Of a stretch of DNA of 64,000 bases, positions 37,101 through 48,817 are shown in pieces. The stretch is taken from positions 51,770,001 to 51,834,000 of the forward strand of contig OX597815.1 of NCBI GenBank assembly GCA_951406725.2, read 5' to 3'. The translations under genes and the position numbers were made by a program. Position 1 is the first letter of the stretch. Each line of letters opens with the position of its first letter. This DNA comes from Octopus vulgaris (Eukaryota). The notes beneath the pieces are model-generated. The model was given only the letters and a program-made list of their open reading frames with translations. It did no database searches and had not been told where the DNA came from.

Positions 37101-40100
37101 ATTTAATGTACAGTTAATAGATTGAAGCAAGCAATGAAATGCTGTTGTCCTATACAATGTAACACACTTCCAAATTCTTTGTACAGGATGTGGATGTAAT
37201 TTACATACCTATGCAAACATGGTTGTATGGAGTTTGCTTTGTAAAACACATGGTTTCAAGTACTATCTTACTGTGTGGTACCTTAGGCGAATATTTTTTA
37301 TGTGGCCTTGGACTAACCACTGCCTTGTTAGTGGAATTGGTAGATGTTTACTTGTATACATATATATGATGGGCTTCCATCATATGTATATACGTGTGTG
37401 TGTATGTCTGCTTAAATTCTGCATTGTGCATGAAACCCTTTGAACAAATGATGACATGTTAACATTCCCTAGCTTCGTGCTTTTAAAGAAAAGGGGAATT
37501 AAGATGTAAAGGATAGTGACAGGAAGGGTGCTAGGTATAAAGTAATGCTTCATTAAACCTCTGCTAGTATGGACCAAATGGTGTGTGTGTAATACAGATT
37601 ATTCACTCTGAAAATGTGCATTAATGTGTAGAAAATATTCTTTGCAATATAGATAACATAGAATTGAGATGAATTGAAACAGATTTTATTTTGTAGAAAA
37701 TAGCGAATGCCAACATTTTAAGACTTAAAATTTGTCTAAAGAAATGTTAGTTCTGGCTAAGCAAGCCTTGTAACCCAAAGGATAGTTCAGTGTCCTTGAG
37801 TAACTTCTAAGTGTTTAGTGAGTTTGATGTTCTGCTAAACAGGTTGTAATGAATTATCTGTTAGCTCAGATGTGAAGCAAAGAAAGGATTTTTATCTTCA
37901 TAGAGTAGAACATTGTATAATGTGTAAGTGTTTGGTAAATGGTCTGAGTGCCTCCATCCACTAAATGATGTGGATAGAGGTAACTTGGGAATGATGTGTG
38001 GAATAGGGATGTCTGAATGTGTGTCTGTATATATGTTGTGATTGTTGTGATAATTCAGCTGTTTATATGCTTTCAATTTGAAGTCAGATAAGTGAATTCC
38101 ATTCTTTTGATCAAGAATGTTAAATGTAATAAAGAAATGCTAATTAAAACCCATTTCATGTGTTCAGTGAATTGGATCCCTCTAAATCTTGATCTAAATC
38201 TGTAACTTAGTTTGAAATGAAATGAAATATGTATAATACCAACAATAAAACATTCAGGTTTCACCTTAATGAGATACCTCCTATCTAGATTGTTGGTAAT
38301 AAAAATGTAAACTGCACTTACTAAGGAATCCCTCAAGTAGCAAAATTTGATACACATATGTCGCATTAAAAATGAAAATGAGATTGTATTTATTTAATTT
38401 AATGTCATCAGCAGTATCATTTAATATTACTGTTCGTATTGCTGTTTGTTGAAGATATGCTAATGGCAGTGTTGGTGTAGCATCAAAAGAAGTCTTGAGT
38501 ATTTTTGACCAATGGAAAAAATATATGAAAAGTTGTTGAAATATTGCATAAAGCTATCACATCAGAAGAATGTGTGTTTGAATCAGATTGGTCAACAATC
38601 AAAAGAATGGAAATTTGTGCTTCATAGAAAATACAGATGAATTAACATTTTGAATGGTAGACTTACTCCATTTTTCAGTTTAATACCATTGCCTACTCCT
38701 TGGATACCTTTAGGAGAGTCCACTCTGTTATAAGCATTCAGGCCACCTCTCCTGTCTGAAGATTACATAAGTCCTCTTCTAAGCTATTAATAAACAATTT
38801 TATTTCCTTAAAAATGCTGAATGTGAATATATCTACTTGCTACTAGTTGTTATTGTTGATCATCCTGGATGGCAAGTAGAATGCTATAGATAATTGAAAT
38901 AAAGAAAAATTGTATGTTTTGGGCTTATGGAAAGTCAGGCCTGGCTAGGTAAGCCATGTCACAGCAAAGATGTCATTGTTATTGGGTAAAATGTAGGTGG
39001 TCAATGAACACATTCTTCTACTGTGAGTGTTGTAAAGAATGATAAGTTACCTCAAATGTAATATAAGAAAGTTAACTCTGAGGAGTTGAAAAGTGTGTAT
39101 TTGTAGATAGCTGGTAAAATTGTTTGTGTTTAGGTTGGTGCATATGCTACAGAATTCATATTGTTTGTTTTTTTTAAAAGATTCCAGATATGCTATCTAC
39201 ATGATTAGTTTTACACTATTATCATCTTAAAGGACATAGAACAATATTTCAATATATTTTAACAATACGTCATACTCAGTTTTAAATATGTATTTTCTTT
39301 TCTTCTAGCTTCTCAGCAAAGTGATTCTGTATCAAAAACTGGACCACAAGAAGAAAAACCTCAAAGTGTGACTCAAGTGCCTTGCTCATCTTCACTACAA
39401 TCTCAGTGTTCAGTAACCAAATCTGTCACCTCAACAATTGCATCCCATCCAACGCCACTTCTACCAACTCCTACATTATCTGCTGTAAAAATATCAAATT
39501 CTTCAGTTACACCAGTTATTGGATTATCTTCATCATCTAATTCTCATTCTTCTACCATTCCTTCTCCTCCATCTGGTTCCAGCTGTAAATCTTATAAGCT
39601 TTCTAATTCAAATGCTTTAACTCTCAATACATCATCGATCTCTTCAGTGGAAGATGAAGATGATAAATATGATCCAACTTCACCAACTGAAGATCTCAGT
39701 CCAGGTGAGATATCACTCTTGATATAACTTCATAATTTATATTAGTGTGTGTATATATATTATCATCATCAATGCCTGTTGTCCATACTGGCATGGACTG
39801 GACAGTTTGACTAGGACTGGAAGGCTGCACCAGACTCCGGTCTGATTTGGCATGGTTTCTACAGCTTGATGCTCTTCCTATTGCATGACACCAGTATCTG
39901 CCATGACTGATTTTACTTGGCTGTGTGGTAAGAAGCTTGCTTCCTAACTACATGGTTCTGGGTTTAGTCCCACTGCATGGCACCTTGGGCAAGTGTCTTC
40001 TAATATAGCCTTGGGCGAACCAAATGAAAAATGACAAAAATATAGATTAACCCTATACAATTGTTTCACTGTTAATAAATTATGCAATTTTACTTACACA

Positions 40101-43100
40101 ATTAATTTGCAGATCGTCAGTAGAGTCTGTCAAGAATATAATTTGTCGAACTGCACGAGGCCAAAAATGCAAGCAGTACGGCCTATTACATTCATAGTTA
40201 TATTCAAATGCCCTTGTCCAGAGCACCAAATTTCCAGAAATAAATACTGCATAAACAATTCACTGCAGTAGTTAACGCCGGTTTGAGAACAATATTAATT
40301 AAGAATTAAAATCAAAATGAGGGTGAAAAATTGTATATTAATTTAATAATATCAGTTTAACACCAATGGTTTAGCGCATAAAAAACTGAGATTCAGTAAA
40401 TATTATTAATACAAATATGAGAGGTAATCCACTAAAAGTGAACTCCTTTACGCTAGCCACTAAAAGTTGTTCTCAAGAAAAAAATTAGCACACCATCACG
40501 ATCTGCAAATTAATTGTGTAAGTAAAATTGCATAATTTATTAACAGTGAAACAATTGTATAGGGTTAATCTATATTTTTGTTATTTTTCATTTGTCCTGC
40601 CCGCTTATGTTCATGGTGTGCTAAATTTTTTCATGAGAAAAACTTTTAGTGGCTAGCGTAAGGGAGTTCACTTTTAGTGGATTCCCTCTCATATATGTAT
40701 ATATACATCCATTTCGTAGTATGAAACATCGTAGCATATATATATTCATTTCATAGTATTAAAGATTGTATATATGTATGTGTGTGTATGTATGTATATA
40801 TACTCTTACTCTTTTACTTGTTTCAGTCATTTGACTGCGGCCATGCTGGAGCACCGCCTTTAATCGAGCAACTCGACCCTGGGGCTTATTCTTTTGTAAG
40901 CCCAGTACTTATTCTATCGGTCTCTTTTTTGCCAACCGCTAAGTAACGGGGACATAAACACACCAGCATCGGCTGTCAAGCAATGCTAGGGCGACAAACA
41001 CACACACATACATATATATATATACATATATACGACGGGCTTCTTTCAGTTTCCATCTACCAAATCCACTCACAAGGCTTTGGTCGGCCCGAGGCTATAG
41101 TAGAAGACACTTGCCCAAGGTGCCACGCAGTGGGACTGAACCCGTAACCATGTGGTTGGTAAACAAGCTACTTACCACACAGCCACTCCTGCGCCTATAT
41201 ATATATATATATAACGGAAGGTTTACGAAACTAAACAAAAGACGAAGGCAGGTGGAGTACAAACAAATAATGTATTAGTATGGCGCTCAGGAATAGAAAT
41301 AAAACAAGTCTTTTACGTTTCGAGCCTACGCTCTTCGACAGAAAGATACACAGAAAAGAAACAAGGAGAGAAAAAAATTGCGTGTAGGGGCTAACGATCC
41401 AACATATACACATTTCGTAGTATTAAAGATCGTAAATATACGAGGTCTGATCAATAAGTATCCGGATTGTTGCCATAGTAATGAAGCTAAAGCATGCAGA
41501 GTGGAGCTGCTTGGCACAGATTGACCTTGAACTCTGCTGTGCATGTACACTATTTTAACCTTCTAGTTCACTTCAGTTGTTTACAGCAGTACTTGGAAGG
41601 GAAGTGTGTAGCATGTAATTGTTGCATTGACCATGACAGAGAAAATTGTCATGGTGACTCCTGCTCAGAGGCTTATAGAAAGTGTATGAACCAAACACAA
41701 GTGTACAAGTGGTTCAGACGTTTCCAAGATGGTCAATAAAATGTTGATATTGACAAACGTTCTGGGAGAACTGAGAAAATTATAGCGGATGTGCATGCAG
41801 CTGTGAGGGGAAACCATCAAATCACCATGCATGAGTTATCAGAGGGTGTGCAGATCAGTTATGGTTCAGTTCATTATTAATGAAGATTTGGGTATGAGAC
41901 GCATGTCTGACCAAAAACTTGAGTTTCAGTTACACAAGATCTCCTTCATTCTGTCCAAAACGATGAAAACATTTTGAAAAATTTGCATAGGCTTCTGAGC
42001 AGGTATCACTAAGCTTTTAGCAAAATTTGATGCTGATTCTCTGCTCAACTTTCTGTCATGGTCAATACCAGGGGTGAGGAACTCCTGCCCACAGGTGCAA
42101 TTGTGCCTGCAAGCACATTTTATTTCACCTGCTGTCTGATATATTTATATGTACAAAATATAGTAAATCTTTCGATTATAAAATTTATATAATATTCGTC
42201 TGCCTATTTGTGACATAATTCACATTTCCACTACAACTTAAAATGGTTAGACTCGAACAGAAAATCGTCTGGTAATTACTATTTGAGTGGGAATTTTGTT
42301 TTCACTAGAAAACACATATTGCTAGGTTTGTACCACCCCTTTGAGACCTAACTATACTCTAGCTGAAAAATATAGAAACCTCATAATATAAATGTCCTAA
42401 ATTCAGTTGTGGCGTTAATGAAGATGTTATGCGTTAATTTAATGTGTTAAACTTATCTTTATTGATGTATATCAAATTATACAGTTGCATACAAGATCAG
42501 CACAGATATAAGAGAACTTCTGATTCATCTGTGGAGCATTTTCTTTGTAAAGTTTTGCCTGCCACTCTAACCCCCCCCCCCCTCTGGTCAGTGTGTCGAT
42601 CCTGTGAGACAATACAATGTATCATTATACAGTCAACTCTCGCTACTATGCCAGTTTTGCGCGGTCCTGGCCAAATAATAAACAACAAATTTTTACTATG
42701 CCACTTGTAAACTGAAGCGCACGCAACTTTTCGAAATTTTGTACATTTCGTATTTGTAATCTTGTGAAAAAGTTCAGAAAGTAGCACACAATGTCAGCTC
42801 AGAAACACAAGCGGACTGAGTTTACGCTGAAGGAAAAGAAGGAGATTATCGATGCTGCGAAAAACGTTATTGTCGGGCCCCTCGTATCATTAGTAATATC
42901 TGATACAAGTTACCGCCCCTTGTATTGTCCGACATGTTTCACTCTAGAAGAAATAGCAACGGAGGTAATACATAACGAAGAGCCGGTGGAAAGTGAAGAC
43001 GACGAGGTAATTGTGGAAGAGGAATACGTTTCGTTTGCAGATGCCCAGAGAGCATGGAGCACTATACGAAAATTTATGCAGCAGCAGAACAGCGGAAAAC

Positions 43101-45923
43101 CCAGCGTCATTCAGGCGTGTGATAGGCTAGACAATGAAATGAATGAAATCCGCCGAAAGAAGATGCATCAGCCGACAATTTTTGAGAGCTTCAGGATTAA
43201 CTAAAAGCAATCTGAACTTAATAAACTTGGATGTCTTCTTTTTACCATTGCATTGAACTTCTTATTGGCCTTACTTCCTACCCTATTTTTATTCATATGT
43301 TCAGTAAATTTTTGGTTATGTAGTGTTTAGATAACAGACCCTTGGTACTATGCCACTTTGGCTCAGTCCTGCAGGGTGGCATAGTAGCGAGTGTTGACTG
43401 TAGTTACTTGTCAATGAAAAGTAGATACGACCGTTGATCTTTAAATCTTCCTTCCAAGCACTACTATAAACAGCAGAAGTAAGCTAGGACATTAAAACTT
43501 AGTGTGCAAGCACAGCAGAGTTCAAGCTCAGTTTGTGCCAAACCACTCTGCATGCTTTAGCTTCATTACTATGGCAACAGTCCGGATACTTATTGATCTG
43601 ATCATGTATATATGTGTATATATATATCACGGGATCATGTGACCGACCAGACCATCAGATGTTTTACACATCGCTGGTCACAATGCGTTCGCATTGTTTT
43701 AGCCTTCGAATGACGCCAACCCACTGGCTAAGCGAGCAGGCCAACAGAAGAAAGAGAGAGAGAAAGAGTACAGCAGGGATCACCACCCTCTGCCAGAGCC
43801 TCGTGGAGCTTTTAGGTGTTTTTGCTCAATAAACATTCACAACGCCCGGTCTGGGAATCAAAACTGCGATCCTACGACCGCAAGTCCGCTGCCCTAACCA
43901 CTAGGCCACTGCGCCTCCACTATGTATATATGTGTATATATATATATCATCATCATCGTTTAACGTCCGTTCTCCATGCTAGCATGGGTTGGACGGTTCG
44001 ACCGGGGATCTGGGAAGCCAGAAGGCTGCACCGGGCTCCGGTCTTATCTGGCAATGTTTCTACAGCTGGATGCCCTTCCTAACGCCAACCACTCCGTGAG
44101 TGTAGTGGGTACTTATATATAAATTTTTTTTCCTGGATGAATTTATCTTTGTCCTTTACTAGGAATTTTTTCCATAGATTTCTAATATCTTTTCCTCATA
44201 CGTTATTTACGAATTTTTAAATCATAGAGGTATGAAAGTATGTAAAAAAATAATCAATATAATAATTTATTAAACTAAGTTCAGTAAATTTTATTAAATA
44301 AATGAAACGAAGCAGATTGGATGTTAAAATGGATTATCCTTTTATTTCATATTCCCAGACAATTGTTTCTGACAAAAGGACCAAGATTTCCATAAAGAGA
44401 ACATCATAAAGGTTGAATTTGTACTCTTCAGAAGGTGAGATTTAAAGGAAAATAAGAAGAAAAAGATGTTTAAAATATACATAGAATTTTTTCTTAGTTA
44501 TCATTATTATTTAGGTATTTGTATATTCATTCTTCCACTCACAATTAATTGAATCAATTCAGTTTTTATTTTCCTTTAAATCTCACCTTCTGAAGAGTAC
44601 AAATTCAACCTTTATGATGTTCTCTTTATGGAAATCTTGGTCCTTTTGTTAGAAACAATTATCTGATCGGAATCGAAATTGAACCAATCCTATGACTGGC
44701 ACCTGGCAGATGCCAGGACCCCTGGACTGGAGACACGTAAAAGGCACTATCTGAATCGTGGCCAATGCCAGCGCCGCCTCAACTGGCTTCCGTGTCGGTG
44801 GCACGTAAAAAGCACCATCCGAAGCCAGTGCCGCCTCGACTGGCTTCCGTGCAGGTGGCACGTAAAATGCACCAATCCGACCGTGGCCGATGCCAGCCTC
44901 GCCTGGCACCAGTGCAGGTGGCACGTAAAAAGCACCCACTACACTCAGAGTGGTTGGCGTTAGGAAGGGCATCCAGCTGTAGAAACATTGCCAGATAAAA
45001 CCAGAGCCTGGTGCAGCCTTCTGGCTTCCCATGTCCCCGGTCGAACTGTCCAACCCATGCTAGCATGGAGAACGGACGTTAAACGATGATGATGATGATG
45101 ATGAAATAAAAGGATAATCTATTTTAACATCCAATCTGCTTCATTTCAGTTATTTGATGAAATTTATTGAACTTAGTTTAATAAATTATTATATTAATTA
45201 TTTCTTTATATATTTATTTCATAATATTGAAAATGATAAAATCGTGAAAATTTTAAATGTGTCTGCATATTTCCTTTATTCTGAATTTGTAATTTATTTT
45301 GCAGTAAAGCTTCAGCCCACAAGTGGACGGAAAGAAAACTTGTCTCACAAAACTGATGACAGTGAAAACTGCTCTGTTGCAGCAGAAACAGAGAAACAAA
45401 AGAATTTTGAAATTACATCAAAGTAAGCTGATTCACTTAAATATTTCTATATAATAATCTATACCCTTTACTGGTTAATTAAGAATTTAAAGTGTTTTGG
45501 CATGAGGCAAAAGATCAATGGTATCTACTTTTCATCGACAAGTAACTATAATGATACATTGTATTGTCTCACAGGATGTGTTGAAGAGCTATATATATAT
45601 ATATATATATATACATATATAATATACCGGAGTAAACACATAAATGTGAAACAAGGTGGAAAAAAGAGTACTCAAATACCAGTGGTAGAGTAATATGCTT
45701 TATTTAAAGCAGCAGAAAATTCAACAAAACCTGCTACTCTGAGTTTCACGTTCCCGTTCGTTGGACAGTTTTGCTAGAAAAAACTGTCCGACGAACGGGA
45801 ATGTGAAACTCAGAGTAACAGGTTTTGTTGAATTTTCTGCTGCTTTAAATAAAGTATATATATAATATATATACCGTCCAACCCATGCTATGGAAAGCGG
45901 ACGTTAAACGATGATGATGATGA

Positions 45924-45957
<34 letters not shown>

Positions 45958-48777
45958 TCTGAGTTCAGAGACAACTGTGCAACAGTCTTGTAAACAAGTA
46001 TACATTAATGGTGTCACACCATGACCACTTAAACAGAATTAGATTCTACTTCAGAATAGATCTTCCTTCACAGTATTCATGTTATATTGTATAAACTTCT
46101 TACCACGTAAATTTGTTGACAGAAGTATTAAAAAAAAATTCATTTTCTAAAATAAAAATGACAAAAACCTGAACCATGCATGCTAAAGGTAAAAGGTTGA
46201 GATGCCACTTTTAAGGTGTTATTGAAAATACTGAAGAATATGTAAATTCTAGTGCTGAGAATTTGTCGGAAAATTTAGCAAGGGATTGGCAAAAGTATAA
46301 TCACTGGAAAACCAAAAACAAAACCTGCTAAATGATATTCTGTCTCCCTGTATGAGAAACTAGAGAAATATATATAAATTCCAGTATATGAATTGCAGAT
46401 GAATGAACTTGTCATCCATATGGTTATTAGAACTAGAGCATTACAACTATTTGTAATTAAAAGTAAATATGACTTGAAAGTTCCTCATTTCAGTTATGTG
46501 GTCTAATGGGATTCATGAACAGAAATGAGCTTGCATTCTGTCTGTAAACCTACTTTACACAAAAATTCCTAAAGCATGTTAACAATAAAGTACAGTTGTT
46601 CTATATCTTTGTAACCATGTTTAGGATATAAATTGTCAACGACAAGGAACATGGATGAAACATGTCTTTTGACATGCCTGATAAACCACTGAATTTCTCT
46701 GGAAACAGCAGTCTGTGTAAAAACATAGAAAGCAACATTTTACAATAATTTTAGCATAAAACTTAAATTTATGATAATATTGAAAAGAAAAATATACCAG
46801 TGGAAAAATTTTTAAGTAATGTAATTGTTAATGTTCACCTTAACCCTTCAGCATTTAAGCTGGCCATATCCAGCCAAAATATTCTGTGTTTGATGTTCAA
46901 TTCAGCTAGATCTGGCTTTTCACACCTACCTTACAATGTCATTCTAAGAAGAAATGACATCATTGAAATCTTGAAGTTATTAAATACTTAATTAATTCAA
47001 AACAATGTGAATAAATAATACATTTGACAGAATAATCTGAATGCTAAAGAGTTAAAGGATGGATGGATGGACGATACATTGATATTTGTTTGGTTAGATG
47101 AAGTGTGTATGAAAAGACTTGGATTTCTTTTTAAGCCAATGTCTTACCTTGTATGGAACCATTCACAGGGGTTAGATGTACTTAGTAAATAAACTATTTA
47201 ACACCTATAAAAATAATTGAACACATGGAAAGAATCTGGAAATAAAGAACAAAAGTGAGTGCTTTGAAAAGCCTAGACCAAGATATTGTTGTACAATGGG
47301 TGAAAGAGCCATGGGAAACTATTTCTGTTGAAATGGTGACAAAATCTTTTAAATAAAAATGAGATTTGTAATGCAATGGATACAACAGAGACTGTTAGGG
47401 CAAGAGGATAAGTGTTCAGTGCAGACAGTTTCACTTTAGCAGAAGAGGATTATTATCTCTGATGGTGATAAAGTTTTGTTTGAGAGTGGAGTGACAGCAA
47501 TTTTTAGGATGTGATAATGATTGAGTGTTTATTGTTGCCTATAATTCTTTGAACTCTTGAAACCATTGTGTGGATATTAAAAATTCATTTATAATGAGTT
47601 TACTGAGATCCATTTGTAAATGACTTTCGCTGTAACAGACTTGTGTGTGTGTATACACACATATACATATAGACACACTTTCTGTATGTGCAGTTTACTA
47701 TTAGCTAGATGTTAATTCAAAGCCCATTAAATGCTGCATATATTGTGAGGAATAATAATTTAAAAACCTTTGGTTCTGAGATTTTTTCCATACTATATTG
47801 ACAAGGATTAGGATTATTTCAGGTAAAATGCAACAGCAAACCAATTTACCAACAATATTTAAATTAAGCAATGATTGACTTAGGTATGGGTCAGTAACAA
47901 GGAAATAATAGAATTCATAAGCATAATACAGTATGACAACTTAAGATATTTTACATTAGTGGATGCCAATTTGTAAGTTTTAACAGCAAATTATAATGAT
48001 GTTAATTTACTTTATTATTGCTAATAACAATCTGATCATGGATTTTCTTATTTTCATTATATTTTCTATGTTAGTGTACCTTCCCAGAATGACTCAAAAC
48101 AAACTCCAAACAACAGAATAAAGAGCGAGGATGCAGTTTTGAAAAATTTGAAGAAAGAAGAAAATGAAGAAAGAGGTATTCCCCTATTCTTTAATGTTTT
48201 ATCCCTTAATAGATTTACTTATTTTTTTTTAACTTCATAAATTTTCAATAGGAGTTTTGTTTATTCATTTCAACTATTGATGTTTAAATTTCAAATCTTA
48301 AGCTAAATTTTAAGTAACTTGATATTTGATCTTTGTTTGATTTTTCTAATAAATTTAGTTGTAGTTGAAATATTTTTCTGTAATTGGGAAATGTAGTAAC
48401 AGTAAACCTCTGTGACATTAATGATGTATATATTTGCCTTTATTATATGTATAGAAAGGAGTATGGATGGGTATGTTTGCCATATGAATGCCTGGTTAAT
48501 GTCATTTGTTGTGTGCATGTATACAAATGCTTACTCTGTTTTGTTTTTTTTGATTGTTGCTATAGCTGCTTTGAGATTTAATTTTTTTACATGTTAGGAA
48601 ATAAAAAGCTTTAAAGATTAGATGAGGCACAGGCAGCCTTTTTTGAGAAACAGGTTACATGAGACAACTCATGGGCCACACTACTAAGAAAAAATTCCGA
48701 ATAATTTTTCATTAGGCATACCATTCAGAATGTTCTGCAAGCTGCAGTCTGCCCATGACTGATTTTGGTCAAATTTA

Positions 48778-48817
<40 letters not shown>

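Noticed and set aside
44690-44935. Repeated ggtggcacgtaaaa units with variable spacers, superficially CRISPR-like (also 28735-28862 and 35889-35965)
   Set aside because: Internal tandem repeats of a LINE 3' UTR; the spacers are related to each other, the context is eukaryotic and there are no cas genes
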